Assembly: GCA_951406725.2 (NCBI GenBank)
Contig: OX597837.1
Coordinates: 10,168,001-10,232,000, forward strand
Source: Octopus vulgaris
Lineage: Eukaryota
Length of the DNA: 64,000 bases
Reading direction: 5' to 3'
A program made the translations under genes and the position numbers. Shown one piece after another: positions 24,570 through 38,133 of this stretch. The first letter of the stretch is position 1; each line of letters begins with the position of its first letter. The notes under the pieces are model-generated. The model had not been told where the DNA came from. It worked only from the letters and a program-made list of their open reading frames with translations, and searched no databases.

Positions 24570-24944
24570 GAAATGGTGTGTATGACGAGGGAATGTGATA
24601 GTAGGGGTAGGAGTGGGTACAGATAAAGAGTGTGTGGGAAAGGTGTGTTTATACATATATATACTGTGTGTGTATATATATATGCGCGTGTATATATATA
24701 TATATATATACACACACACATACATCGCCTCTACACTCCATTTCTTTCTCCCTATTACCTGTGTATACACACATACACATGTACGCACATATATATACAC
24801 ACAGAGGTCATAAGAAGAAAGAGGTGAAGTGTAGGGGGGTGTTAATGCGAGGGAGGTTAAAAAGTGAATTAAGAAAAGAGAACAAGAAAATCGAAAAAGA
24901 GGTGTTGAGAAAAGGCGAATAGGAAGAGACACTAAGAGACGGGT

Positions 24945-25248
24945 AGACAGATAGATAGACAGACTGATAGATAGATAAATAGATAGTTTGATAGATAGAT
25001 GGATAGATATATAGATAGGCATATAGATAGTTTGATAGATAGACAGACAGATAGATAGACATATAGTTTGATAGATAGATAGACAGACAGATATATAGAT
25101 AGTTTGATAGATAGACAGACAGATATATAGATAGACATATAGATAGTTTGATAGATAGACAGATATAGATAGACATATAGATAGTTTGATAGATAGACAG
25201 ATAGATAGATAGATAGACAGATAGACAGACAGACATATAGATAGATAA

Positions 25249-25283
<35 letters not shown>

Positions 25284-25360
25284 TATAGATAGATAAATAG
25301 ATAGATAGACAGACAGACATATAGATAGATAGATAAATAGATAGATAGACAGACAGACAT

Positions 25361-25391
<31 letters not shown>

Positions 25392-25475
25392 TATAGATAG
25401 ACAGACAGACACATATAGATAGATTGACAGACAGATAAATAGATAGATAGAGAGAGAGAGATCTAGATAGGTAGA
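24945..25475. repeat. (GATA)/(GACA)n compound microsatellite
   Basis: Direct inspection. Confidence 0.95.
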
Positions 25476-26088
25476 TATGCGAGCGGGGTATGTATGGGAG
25501 CGCAGGCGTGGGGATGCGATCGCGTAGTAATTTAACGAATGTGAGTGGGCAGGTGTTTTTGAACGTGTGTGTGTGTGGAAGTACGAGTGTGTTTGAATCT
25601 GAACAAGTGGGCGAGTGCATCCGGACCAGTGGAGTACTTTGGGGGAACAACGAAATGAATGTGTCCTTGTATGTACCCGTATGTGCGTGTGTGTGTGTGT
25701 GTATAATAAAAGAGAAGCAACCATAGCTACCCACGAATGTTTGGGACATTAAAATACGAAGTGAATGAAATAACGAGAGAAGGACTCTATCGTTGTTGTT
25801 GTTGTTGCTATAACAACCGTGGGAAATTACTCGATTTTCCACTCGCATCCTCTAACAAAAAAGTTTGAAAAAAAAAATAAATAAATAAAAACTAAATTAA
25901 ATTTTATTGGAAATAAAATACAATAAAATAAAATAAAAATGCTTTAGATTGCTATTTTTGTTGTTGTTAGCTTTCTATTTTTATGTTAAATGAAATAGGG
26001 GACAACAAGAACCCCTTAAAATGTCCCCCGTTTTTCCTGCCGTTTCGTTTATATCCTAGCTACACAGACAGAAATCCACACACACATA

Positions 26089-26283
26089 TACTCTTTTACT
26101 TGTTTCAGTCATTTGACTGCGGCCATGCTGGAGCACCGCCTTTAGTCGAGCAAATCGACTCCGGGGTTTATTCTTTGTAAGCCCAGTACTTATTCTATAG
26201 GTCTCTTTTGCCGAACCGCTAAGTGACGGGGACGTAAACACACCAGCATCGGTTGTCAAGCAATGCTAGGGAGACAAACACAG

Positions 26284-26329
<46 letters not shown>

Positions 26330-26486
26330 GATAGGCTTCTTTCAGTTTCCGTCTACCAAAACCACTCACAAGGCATTGGTCGGCCCGGGGCTATAGCAGA
26401 AGACACTTGCCCAAGATGCCACGCAGTGGGACTGAACCCGGAACCATGTGGTTGTTTAGCAAGCTACTTACTACACAGCCACTCCT

Positions 26487-26490
<4 letters not shown>
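26089..26490 (-). mobile_element. SINE family A, young full-length copy
   Basis: Near-identical to copies at 36174, 38967 and 54386. Confidence 0.9.
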
Positions 26491-26522
<32 letters not shown>

Positions 26523-27085
26523 TCACGAGCTCAAATGTATAAACATATACACACAGTCAAAAATTCACACACCCACACAACGAAACAAGCGCACAAAAAC
26601 TGCATACATATGCAAAATAAACGCACACACAAAACTATATACACACACAGTCACATACATACAAAAATATTGTCACAAATTATACATACACAGACGCAGG
26701 CGTGACTGTGTGGTAAGAAATCCCCCGCCGCCCGCCCCTCAACCACATAGCTCCGAGTTCAGTCCCACTCCGCAACACCTTGGGCAAGTGTCTTGTTTTG
26801 CCTTCGGCCGACCAAACCCTTACATGTATGGGTACAGGACGTCACTAACTGTGTAAACAACATGAAATACGCAAACAAGGAGAGAAAAAAATTGAAAACA
26901 GGACAAGTAAAAACGGTTACGACCCTTCATCAGTTGTTGGCAGTCTCCCTACTCCTCATTTAAATATTCTTTGTTTGTGAATAAAGGCTACCATTGGTTT
27001 CATGTCAAAGTAGGAAAATATATGATAAAGATAAATGAGTATTGTACGTTTTCTTTTTTCATAACTATTTATCTACTTTTGCACC

Positions 27086-27116
<31 letters not shown>

Positions 27117-27449
27117 CATACATATACATACATACACATATATACATATACACATATATACACATATATATACATAAGTAAAGAAGGAGATAAATTGAAT
27201 ATTAATTTAATTAATATCAATTTAAAACCAGTAGCCTAGCATACAAAAATCTGAAAAATCAGAGAAAATTCTAATACATGTGTATATTTAAAGGGCTAAA
27301 AAAGGACTATGTGGTCAGCCATATGCTAGAAGTAGATCACCTACGATCAAACTACAAAGAAAAGAATGTTCTCTAGAGAAAAATTCAGCGGACACCAGAA
27401 CAATATGCGGGCAAGACAGATGAAAATTATCTAAAATACAAGAGTTAAA

Positions 27450-27523
27450 CGCAGACCGGCGGTTTCGCCTATTAACGAATAAATCACTTACGTAACCCCT
27501 CGTCCGTAGGACTCGTCAGTACG
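27450..27523 (-). ncRNA. type-I hammerhead ribozyme motif (intact core)
   Basis: Minus strand: CGUA-CUGACGA-G(U)CCUA...UAGGC-GAAA-CCGCCGG-UC/UGCG. The long stem II is capped by GGUUAC-GUAA-GUGAUU. Confidence 0.65.
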
Positions 27524-27539
27524 ATCGTTCCACATAAAT

Positions 27540-27574
<35 letters not shown>

Positions 27575-27945
27575 CATATATATATACATATATATATACA
27601 CGTATATATATACACGTATACATATATATATATACATACATATATAAATATATATATACACACACATATACATATATATATACACACACACACATATATA
27701 TACACACACACACACATATATATATACACACACATATATACACACACATATATATACACACACACATATATATGTATATATACATATATATACATTTGTA
27801 TATATACATATATATATACATATGTATATACACATATGTATATACACATATATATACACATATGTATATACATATATATACATTTACATATACACACACA
27901 CACACACATATATATATATACACACATACACACATATATATATAT

Positions 27946-27990
<45 letters not shown>

Positions 27991-27995
27991 TTTAC
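27540..27995. repeat. (TA)/(CA) compound microsatellite
   Basis: Direct inspection. Confidence 0.95.
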
Positions 27996-28675
27996 ATACA
28001 CGACGGGTTTCTTTCAGTTTTCGCCAACTAAATCCACTCACAAGGCTTTGGTCGACCCGAGGCTATAATAGAATACATTTGCCCAAAGTGCCAAGCAGTG
28101 GGACTGAACCTGGAACCTAAGCTTTTATCACATAGAATGTTTTGAAAAGAAAATACTGTTTTGATTTGTTCAACTAAAACCTTTTAAAAGCGGTGCCCCA
28201 GCATGGCCGCAGTTCATTTACTAAAATAAGAGAAAGATAAAGTTTACCCCCACCCATTGTTCTGACACATCCTTCGTTTATTGGATTCGACGGTTAATGT
28301 AATCTTAGATACAGAAGCATACGAGATGGTCACGACTGGAATGATACTTGCAAAATATAGTCGGTTCGTTCAGGGTTGACCTGTAACCAGATAACAATAA
28401 CAGATAGGCAATGATGGCGGTGGCGCTGTGGAGGAAAAGGTAAATTTGATACAGAACGCGAAGAAGCTCCGTGCCGTCACCTTCCTATCGAATTAATCAA
28501 AAATGCGTATGTATGTGTGGGTGTGTATGGTTCGTCGTTTTTCCTTTGTTTTCTTAATATGGTGTGTGATTTGACAGAAAGAAAAGGTCGACACCAGGAG
28601 TTGTTAATAACGCAGACATTTTTGAAATAGCTCGAAGTATCTGGTGCGTAGCAGATTGGTGCTGTAGTTATTGTA

Positions 28676-28749
<74 letters not shown>

Positions 28750-28774
28750 ATGTATGTACGTACGTACGTGTATT

Positions 28775-28962
28775 ATTCTTTTAGTTGTTTCAGTCATTTG
28801 ACTGCGGCCATGCTGGAGCACCGCCTTTAGTCGAGCAAATCGACCCCGGGACTTATTCTTTGTAAGCCCAGTACTTATTCTATCGGTCTCTTTTGCCGAA
28901 CCGCTAAGTGACGGGGACGTAAACACACCAGCATTGGTTGTCAAGCAATGCTAGGGGGACAA

Positions 28963-28999
<37 letters not shown>

Positions 29000-29040
29000 C
29001 ACGACAGGCTTCTTTCAGTTTCCGTCTACCAAATCCACTA
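28775..29040 (-). mobile_element. SINE family A 3' part
   Basis: Tail and body present; head lost at AAATCCACTA. Confidence 0.8.
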
Positions 29041-29130
29041 TAAATATCAGAGAAGGTACACCTATACAAGAATGGGTACATATACATAATATACATAATA
29101 ATATATAATAATATACATACATACACACAC

Positions 29131-29194
<64 letters not shown>

Positions 29195-29256
29195 ATAAAA
29201 CGGTAAGATAACAAAAGAAAGAAAGAGACCTCAATATTATGTAAATAGAGGAAATT

Positions 29257-29528
29257 TATCTATACAATATGTTACATTACTCGGTAGTCAAGATAAAACT
29301 CTGAGTTTCAGATGCCGAAGTGGAAATCCACAACACCATCTCATCGGTTATCTGGCTATTTGAAAACGTTATGAAAAAATATATCCCTTCATTTTTAACG
29401 GTATATTTTTTCATAACGTTTTCAAATAGCCAGATAACCGATGAGATGGTGTTGTGGATTTCCACTTCGGCATCTGAAACTCAGAGTTTTATCTTGACTA
29501 CCGAGTAATGTAACATATTGTATAGATA
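29257..29528. repeat. inverted repeat with 127-bp arms (no mismatch seen) and an 18-nt spacer; each arm carries a variant hammerhead motif
   Basis: 29257-29383 is the reverse complement of 29402-29528. The ORF track gives mirror-image peptides on the two strands. Confidence 0.92.
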
Positions 29529-29799
29529 TATATATATATATATATAATTGTTGTTTGTACACTGGTATCCTTAATGGGCGAACGGACACACGTCTATGCA
29601 AATCTGTTCACATACAAAACGCCTTGAAGAATTTTTAGTCGAATGAATCGACCCCAGTATCGATTTTTCTATAGCCTCATACTTATTATATCGGTCTTTT
29701 TTGCAAGCATATCAACACCGAGTGTAAAACGGTGGTGGGGGGACAAACAGACAGAAACACACACACACACACGTACACATACACACACAGTGTATATCC

Positions 29800-30403
29800 A
29801 TTTAAAAGAAAAAAAGAAAATGGAGATAAGGAAATTAATAATTGTTTATTATTAATAACAAATTGGTCATCTTCGCTTCTTACAGCCGTTTCAATTAACT
29901 CAATAATCTAATTACAAATTTGAATTTATATTTATGTGACAAGAGTATAATTTCCGAGGGAAAAAAAGGATATACCTTTAGATGTAAAAACAAAAAATTA
30001 TTTTATAAGGAACTTCGCTAATAAGTAGACAAATGTTGAGAAGAAAAAAAACGGTGATTTTAACTAGCAGTATTCAATTATTAAACATTTATAATTGGAA
30101 TGAATAAATAAAATTGAATATTAAGTATTTATGGAATTTTGATTTACTGTCGGGTGACTTTTGGCCAACCTTGTATGTGGACCTATCATTTCATTTCAGC
30201 AGATTGAGACTGCTGAAATGAATTAATAAACCCACATCCAAAGGTACATCTTTCCCACCCCTATAAATGTAAATTTAATGTACAAATCTATAATTAAATT
30301 ATTGAGTATTGATCGAAACGGCTGTAAAGAAGCGAAGACGACCAATTTGTCAGTAATAAACAAGTATTAACTTCCTTATCTCCATTTCCTTTTCTTCTTT
30401 GAA
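29800..30403. repeat. diverged inverted repeat (~120-bp arms, 29800-29922 and 30283-30403)
   Basis: AAATGGAGATAAGGAA...CAAATTGGTCATCTTCGCTTCTTACAGCCGTTTC is mirrored in the right arm. Confidence 0.8.
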
Positions 30404-30759
30404 CTATATATAAAACTATATGCTTAATATGTGTATTGTAAGGGAATTTCATACCCGCCAAAATACTAGGTATTGAACCAGTATTTATTTACTTGGATGC
30501 AACCATCTCTTCATAAGGTTAACATATCCTCTAATTAAATATATGTGTGAGTGTGTGTGACGGGCTTCTTTCAGTTTCTGTCTACCAAAAACCACTCACA
30601 AGGCTATGAGAGTAGACATTTGCCTGAACTCGGTGGCTGGGAATCAATCGTCTAACCACACAGCCACGACAGGGATGAGAAGTTAAAAATATAAAGAGAT
30701 GTCTAATCACTTTGAATTCAAAGATAATTCTGAGAATAAATACAATATTACAATAATGG

Positions 30760-30834
<75 letters not shown>

Positions 30835-30844
30835 ATATATATAA

Positions 30845-31200
30845 GCGCAGGAGTGGCTGTGTGGTAAGTAGCTTGTTTACCAACCACATGAGCAAGTGTC
30901 TTCTACTATAGCCTTGGGCCGACAAAAGCCTTGTGAGTGGATTTGGTAGACGGAAACCGAAAGAAGCCCGTCGTATATATGTATGCGTGCGTGCGTGTGT
31001 GTATGTGTCTGTGTTTGTCCCCCTAGCTTGACAACCGATGCTGGTGTGTTTATGTCCCCGTTACTTAGCGGTTCGGCAAAAGCGACCGATAGAATAAGTA
31101 TTGGGCTTACAAAAAAGAATAAGCCCTGGGGTCGAGTTGCTCGATTAAAGGCGGTGCTCCAGCATGGCCGCAGTCAAATGACTGAAACTGAGTAAAGAGT
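30845..31200 (+). mobile_element. SINE family A copy with an internal deletion across the B-box
   Basis: The head jumps from CCACATG to GCAAGTG; tail intact. Confidence 0.85.
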
Positions 31201-31484
31201 ATATATATATATATATATACACACATACACACGTGTGTGTGTATCGTTGGTAGGGGGGCATGAATTTAATTGATAGGTCAATAGACAAATACCAAGGTAA
31301 GTAAGCAAAGACGAGAGAGGGGAGACCTACCCGGATTATATACCTGTCCGTCTCAGGTGGCTGAACATGTCACACATGGCATTCACTCCCCACACTCACC
31401 CACAACCAAATAAGGTAAAAGAACACGATAAACCAACGCCACCTGCACATTCCTACGTAGGATCGCACTTGGCTATATACATTT

Positions 31485-31528
<44 letters not shown>

Positions 31529-32152
31529 CATACATACACACACACACACAAACATGTATTTGTGTGCGTGTAGTTTCTGGGGTGGTAAGCATGGTAACAA
31601 TAGTTGGGTTGGTTTGTAGTGGGGCAGGTACTACGGTGGTGGTGATGGTCGTGGTAACGGGGGGGGGGGGGGTTTGACTGGCAACAGTGGTGATAGATAT
31701 CGTTGTTTAATCCCAAGTCAACCCTGATCAAACAGGGCAAAACAGACCAAACCAATGATCGAAAACGTCCCAGCTGTGACCATCCCGTCTTTTATGGATT
31801 TTTCCAGGATCAGGATCACATTATCCACCGGGTCGTCCTTTCCTTATTTGACAAAAGTAATCCACCATACAGCCACCCGTGGTTGTGTGGTTAAGACGTT
31901 CGCATCCTATCCACACGGTTTCAGGTTCAGTCCCACTGCGTGCCATCTTCAGCAATTGTCTTTCTTCTATTACAGCCTCAGGTTGATAAAAATCTTCAGT
32001 GGATTTGGTAGACGGTAACTGAAATAAACCCGTCGTGTGTATATAACGTGTGGGGATACACCTTGGGCAAGAGTTTTCTATCTTCTGTTATAGACCTGGG
32101 GCCGACCAAACTCTTGTGAGTCGACAGAAACTGATAGAAGCCCTGATAAAAG

Positions 32153-32670
32153 GTGGCGAAATGCTTAGCGGTACTTCGTCTGCCTTTATGTTCTGAGTTC
32201 AAATTCCGCCAAGGTCGACTTTGCCTTTCATGCTTTCGGGGTCGCTTAAATAGGTACCATTTACGCATTGGGGTCGATATAATCGATTTAATCCGTTTGT
32301 CTGTCCTTGTTTGTCCTCTCTGTGTTTAGCCCCTTGTGGGTAGTAAAGAAATAAGCAACTGAAATAAACCCGTCGTATGTATATAACGTGTGGGGATACA
32401 CCTAGGGCAAGTGTTTTCTATCTTCTGTTATAGACCTGGGGCCGACCAAACTCTTGTGAGTCGACAGAAACTGATAGAAGCCCTGATAAAAGGTGGCGAG
32501 CTGGCAGAATTGTTAGCACGCCGGGCGAAATGCTTAGCGATATTTCGTCTACCGTGAGTTCAAATTCCGCCAAGGTCAACTTTGCCTTTCATTCTTTTGG
32601 GGTCGATTAAATAAGTACCAGTTACGCACTGGGTTCGACATAATCGACTTAATCCGTTTGTTTGTCCCCT
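32153..32670 (+). mobile_element. two SINE family C copies within a ~340-bp tandem duplication
   Basis: Flank 32017-32159 is repeated at 32357-32499. Confidence 0.8.
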
Positions 32671-32832
32671 GCTGTACTCTTTCGCCGCAACTTTCTCTCA
32701 TTCTTTCTTCTGTTGGCCAGCTCACTTATCCAGCAGGGGTGGCGTCATTTGGAGGCTAAAACAATGCGAAGCGCATTGTGACCAGCGATGTGTAGCAACA
32801 TCTGATAGCCTGGTCGGTCACGTGATCACGTG
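32670..32832 (+). mobile_element. SINE-B-related 3' part with an alternative tail ending GGTCACGTGATCACGTGA
   Basis: Shares CCTGCTGTACTCTTTC.CC.CAACTTTCTCTCA with family B. The same tail occurs at 38015-38135. Confidence 0.6.
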
Positions 32833-33304
32833 ATATATATATATATATATATATGGGCGTCTGATTGTACATTACTTGTACCACGTCCTCACGTTGTTGT
32901 TTTTCATGTTGTTCTTTGTTTGGATTCACTATATATATGTGTGTGTGTGTGTTTGACACAACCACTACAGTTCGACAAAGGAGATCGATACACACAATCC
33001 TCCAGCATCCACTATGCAAACATACTGTTCTCCAGATGCAGTTAATGCAACACAAGTTTTTCCGAGACAACAGTTGGTTAATAATAAATACTGCCTTAGA
33101 TACACGAAGAATAAAGGACGGGATGGCCACACACGGAACGTTTTTGATCGTGCGTCTTTACGATCATTGCTAACCACCACCACCACTACCAACAACAACA
33201 ACAACAACAACAAGCTAGTCTTACCAGTTAGTTTTCACAATGGTACAATATAACCATAGCGTTAAGTTTTTCTTTTGATCAGACAAAAATAGGTTATTAC
33301 GACT

Positions 33305-33337
<33 letters not shown>

Positions 33338-33464
33338 AGGACAAATATCCTCCACCATTGTTGCCGACGTTCATTTTTTTAACCCTAGGCAACAATCCTG
33401 ATGGACTTGGACCTATATTCAAAGACATTCTTGCCAGGCATACTTAAATCGTCTTTTTTTCTTT

Positions 33465-33497
<33 letters not shown>

Positions 33498-33777
33498 AAT
33501 TATTGTCAGATACAGATAAGATACAAGGTGTGGTTATGTGGTTGAGAAACTTGTTCCATAACACTTGTGGTTTCATGACACCTTGAACACGTATTGTTTT
33601 TTGTTTTTTTTTACCACAGCCCCAGGCTGACCCAAGCTTGTGAGTGGGTGTGATTGACTAAACTACACGACGATCTTTCATTTTCCGTCTGAGACAGACA
33701 GACAGACAGACAGGCAGATTAGATAGATAGATAAACAAATGGATGGATGGATGGATGGATGGATGGATGGATGGATG

Positions 33778-33855
<78 letters not shown>

Positions 33856-35369
33856 CAGACAGATATATAGATGTGTACCCATGTCTAGATATCACGTAAT
33901 GGTTGTAAACGAGTATCACCATCATACACGTGGTGTCGTTTTTTCTAGTCTTCTATGGAAAAAAAAAAGACATGTCTAATCAAAAGAAATGTTCTCATAC
34001 TTAGAAATAGGTGAAGAGGGGCAACAAGAAGGATATCACGCCGAAGATAACCCATACTAGCATGGAAAAGCGGAGGTCAAACGATATCGTCATCACTAGC
34101 TCGGAAACTACCATGAAAAGCTTGTCCTTATGTAATGGGATAAACATGATCATCATTATCATCATCATAATTACCACCACAATCATCATCATCACCGTTT
34201 TATGTCCTAATAATAAGGATGAATAGCAGCCATTGAAATAAGGGTTTTAAAAAATGGATCCCTGTCGGTTCTCGACGATGAATGCTTCAATTGTTTCATT
34301 AGCAGGATGGGCGACGCATTTTAAGTGATTGAATTTTCCACAGACACTTGTACATTAAACATTATTCTTAAACCGCCTGGCAGGTTCCGCACAGTTTTTG
34401 TCTATGCAATTTTTCAGTTGCAAGGCTTAGACTGACCGTAAGTTATATAGTAAAAGACACTTGTCCAAGATGCCAACGCCGAGGGATTGAACCCGAGATT
34501 TCCTGACTTGTGAAGCGAAATTACTAAGCATTCAACTACGCCTACATCGGGAGAGATGTGAGATAACAATTCAAATAAAATAAAATAAAATAAAATAAAA
34601 TGGAATTGAAGTTAAAAAAAAATTGACTTACCAAAAGAGAACCGCCGTTGAATATCAGGCGACAGAGAACCCTTCTTCTGAGATCTACAATAAATAAAAT
34701 AAAATCATTAAATTGGTTTCTGATGTAGGTACAGAGTCAAAATTTTGAGGGGATAACACCTCTCGGTAATTTTTTTTGTGTGTAAGAGTTAGAAGGAGAT
34801 AGTAGTACGATGACAGGTAAGGGTACCTTGCGGGGTGGAAAGTAGAATATGATGCACCCCTGGAACAACTATCTCAGAGAAAAGCAAAGCTGATGTAATA
34901 TACTGAGACAATAATAGGAGTGGATAGATAGATGGTGAATAAGAGACTAGTTCGAAGAACAATGTGGAAGTATCAGAGCTACAGTGACAGAATTTAGGGA
35001 TGATGAGGAAATGGGGTCGGACCGATGATGGTTGGATGTCAAAAAATAACGGAAACGATAAGTTGAACATTGGAAAGCAAAAACAAAAGCAAAAAAAAAA
35101 GGGGGGTTATACAGGGTGCGTGGCAGAAGGGCTGCCCTGATTTCAAAGGTTAATAAAAGACAAACCACATGAAGATACATAAAAATAAAATTGTATTTCT
35201 ATGAAGTTCATTAAAAGATATTTTGTTTCTGTTTTCGAGTAGTGGCCACCTGGAATGGAGAGCATCGTTTTTTCTTGTTTCTTCATATTTTTTTTAATTA
35301 AAATTTGAAATCGGGGCAACCTTTGTGCCGCACTCTGTATGTATGTATGTATGTATGTATGTATGTATG

Positions 35370-35419
<50 letters not shown>

Positions 35420-35519
35420 AGGTACTGTAAATTTAGGTAAGCACCTGTATACGCCAGCTAGTGGCAGAGGTGAAAGGGAATATATCAAATAAAATCAAAA
35501 ACAGAACAAAAAGGATGTC

Positions 35520-35610
35520 GCGGTACACGTGTTTCAAGCTTTATAAACGACCTATTCTTACATCAGTGTATAATAGATATAAAAGATGGTTTAAAGCTCT
35601 TTTCAGCCGC
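35520..35610 (-). ncRNA. degenerate type-I hammerhead motif (G8-to-A core change)
   Basis: Minus strand: GCGG-CUGAAAA-GAGCUUUA...UAAAGCUU-GAAA-CACGUG-UA/CCGC. Confidence 0.55.
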
Positions 35611-36173
35611 ATGCATTGTTATTCCAAAGAGTTACATCACACCATAAAAAAATATGAGAAGTACATATTATTACCCATAATAATAGGTATATCATATCTC
35701 CTTGAGAAAGTGTATTTGTAAAATTTCTTAACTAAATAGGCGTGTAGGAGAACATTGGGTTTCGAAAATCTGTCCATACTGTATCACCAGTCAACATAAA
35801 GTGAATGTTAAATAGATTTAGATGGGTTCATTCTTCTGAACCCATTCAAATCTATTTAACATTCACTCTATGACGATATTCACAGCATTTGTTGTGTCAA
35901 GAACTAAATACTACAGAAGAGTCATATTCGTACTACAAGATGAGAGATGGTTCTGAGATGGCTTCCAAGAGGTTAATATTGGAAACCTACAGCTGCAATG
36001 GAGAAGGGATGAACTAAAACGAAAATTCTTTTCCAGATATCTAAACAATACACAAGTCGAAAGTTGCAGATAAACTTCTTCTCAACAACAAAGAAGGGAC
36101 AAAGCTACTGCCCTGAATGCTAAAGATAAAGAATTTCGAGGCAACTCAGCTTCCATTACAGAATTCATCAACA

Positions 36174-36590
36174 CGGGAGTGGCTATGTGGTAAGTAACTT
36201 GCTAACCAACCACATGGTTCCGGGTTCAGTCCCACTGCGTGGCATCTTGGGCAAGTGTCTTCTGCTATAGCCTCGGGCCGACTAATGCCTTGTGAGTGGA
36301 TTTGGTAGACGGAAACTGAAAGAAGCCTGTCGTATGTATGTATGTATGTATGTATGTATGTATGTATGTATGTATATGTGTGTGTGTGTTTCTGTGTTTG
36401 TCCCCCTAGCATTGCTTGACAACCGATGCTGGTGTGTTTACGTCCCCGTTACTTAGCGGTTCGGCAAAAGAGACCGATAGAATAAGTACTGGGCTTACAA
36501 AGAATAAGTCCCGGGGTCGATTTGCTCGACTAAAGGCGGTGCTCCAGCATGGCCGCAGTCAAATGACTGAAACAAGTAAAAGAGAGTAAA
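36174..36590 (+). mobile_element. SINE family A, young copy
   Basis: Near-complete head, body and tail ending GAAACAAGTAAAAGAGAGTA. Confidence 0.9.
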
Positions 36591-36715
36591 AAACATTGGA
36601 ATTATTTCCGGCGAAATTTTGAGTTATGAAATGAAGAACTGAAGTCAAGTAAGTTACAATGTTTTCAATGATGAGTGAAAACTTTACTCTCATAGAACCG
36701 GAGGACATCGATTAC

Positions 36716-36751
<36 letters not shown>

Positions 36752-36784
36752 GCTCCCTCGCCGCCTTAATAACTGTAATAATCC

Positions 36785-37310
36785 TTTCTACTCTAGGCGC
36801 TTAATTTATCGACTCCGAAAGGGTGAACGGCAAAGTCGACCTCGGCGGAATTTGAACTCAGAACGTGAAGACGGACGAAATGTTAGTGTGTATTTTGGTC
36901 GGCGTGCTAACGATTCCGGCAGCTTGTGACCTTAATAAATGCGTAGCCATATTTCGTCTGCCGTTACGTTCTGAGTTCAAATTCCACCGTGGTCGACTTT
37001 GCCATTCATCCTTTCGGGGTCGATAAATAAAGTGCCAGTTACGCACTGGGGTCGATATAATTGATTTGTCTGTCCTTGTTTGTCCCCTCTCTGTTTAGCC
37101 CCTTGTGGATAGTAAAGAAATAGGTATTTCGTCTGCCGCTACGTTCTGAGTTCAAATTCCGCCGAGGTCGACTTTGCCTTTCATCCTTTCGGGGTCGATT
37201 AAATAAGTACAAGTTACGCACTGGGTTCGATATAATCGACTTAGTCCGTTTGTCTGTCCCTGTTTGTCCCCCTCTGTGTTTAGCCCCTTGTGGGTAGTAA
37301 AGAAATAGGT
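36785..37310. mobile_element. head-to-head SINE family C copies (minus monomer and plus dimer)
   Basis: Minus body at about 36800-36930; plus bodies at about 36970 and 37150 with the standard junction at about 37110-37135. Confidence 0.8.
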
Positions 37311-37791
37311 ATACGGAACAACAATAACAGCAACAACAAGATGCAGGTGCGTTTGTGATTGGCTGGTCGATCGCTCAGACATACAGGTATAAACGGCGAC
37401 AACGTGACATGGATAAGTTGCGAGCTCGGTTCTGTCAATGTGGGACAGGTTTCCTGAAACCTGACACGTAACTACCGCCCGTCCCTCTCCCAACCTGCCC
37501 CACACATCGACTCCTACAAAACTATACGCGAAAAAGCATCACAATAGAATCATTGTTTGTCGGTTGAGAGTGAGTGTAAGACGGTGTCTGTGTGAGGGTG
37601 GGAGCAGGGTGGGGTAGAGCAAGACTGGGAATGTATGCGTGAATAATTGTAGCGTGCACTTGTGACTGTGTGGGGTGAGACACGTAGACACACAGACAGG
37701 CAAGCAGACAATACAATGAGAGGTGAGGAAAGGAAAAACCTGTAGGGTTTTTTTTGAAATCGAATACATTACGACACATTTTGTGCATATA

Positions 37792-37955
37792 CAGGCGTGG
37801 CTGTGTGGTAAGAAACAGGCTTTCCAACCACACAGTTCTGGGTTCAGTCTCATTACGTGACATCCTGGGCTAATGCCTTCTATTGTAATAGCCCCGGGTC
37901 AACCAAAGACTTGTGTGTGAATTTGGTAGACGGAAACTGAAAAAAGTCCGTCGTG

Positions 37956-38016
<61 letters not shown>

Positions 38017-38133
38017 TGGCCTGCTCGCTTAGCCAGCGCGGTGGCGTCATTCGAAGGCTAAAACAATGCGAACGCATTGTGACCAGCGATGTGTAACTAC
38101 ATCTGATGGACTGGTCGGTCACGTGATCACGTG

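Noticed and set aside
26927-26933. Minus-strand CTGATGA(AGGG) as a hammerhead
   Set aside because: No matching GAAA/stem III found downstream on that strand.
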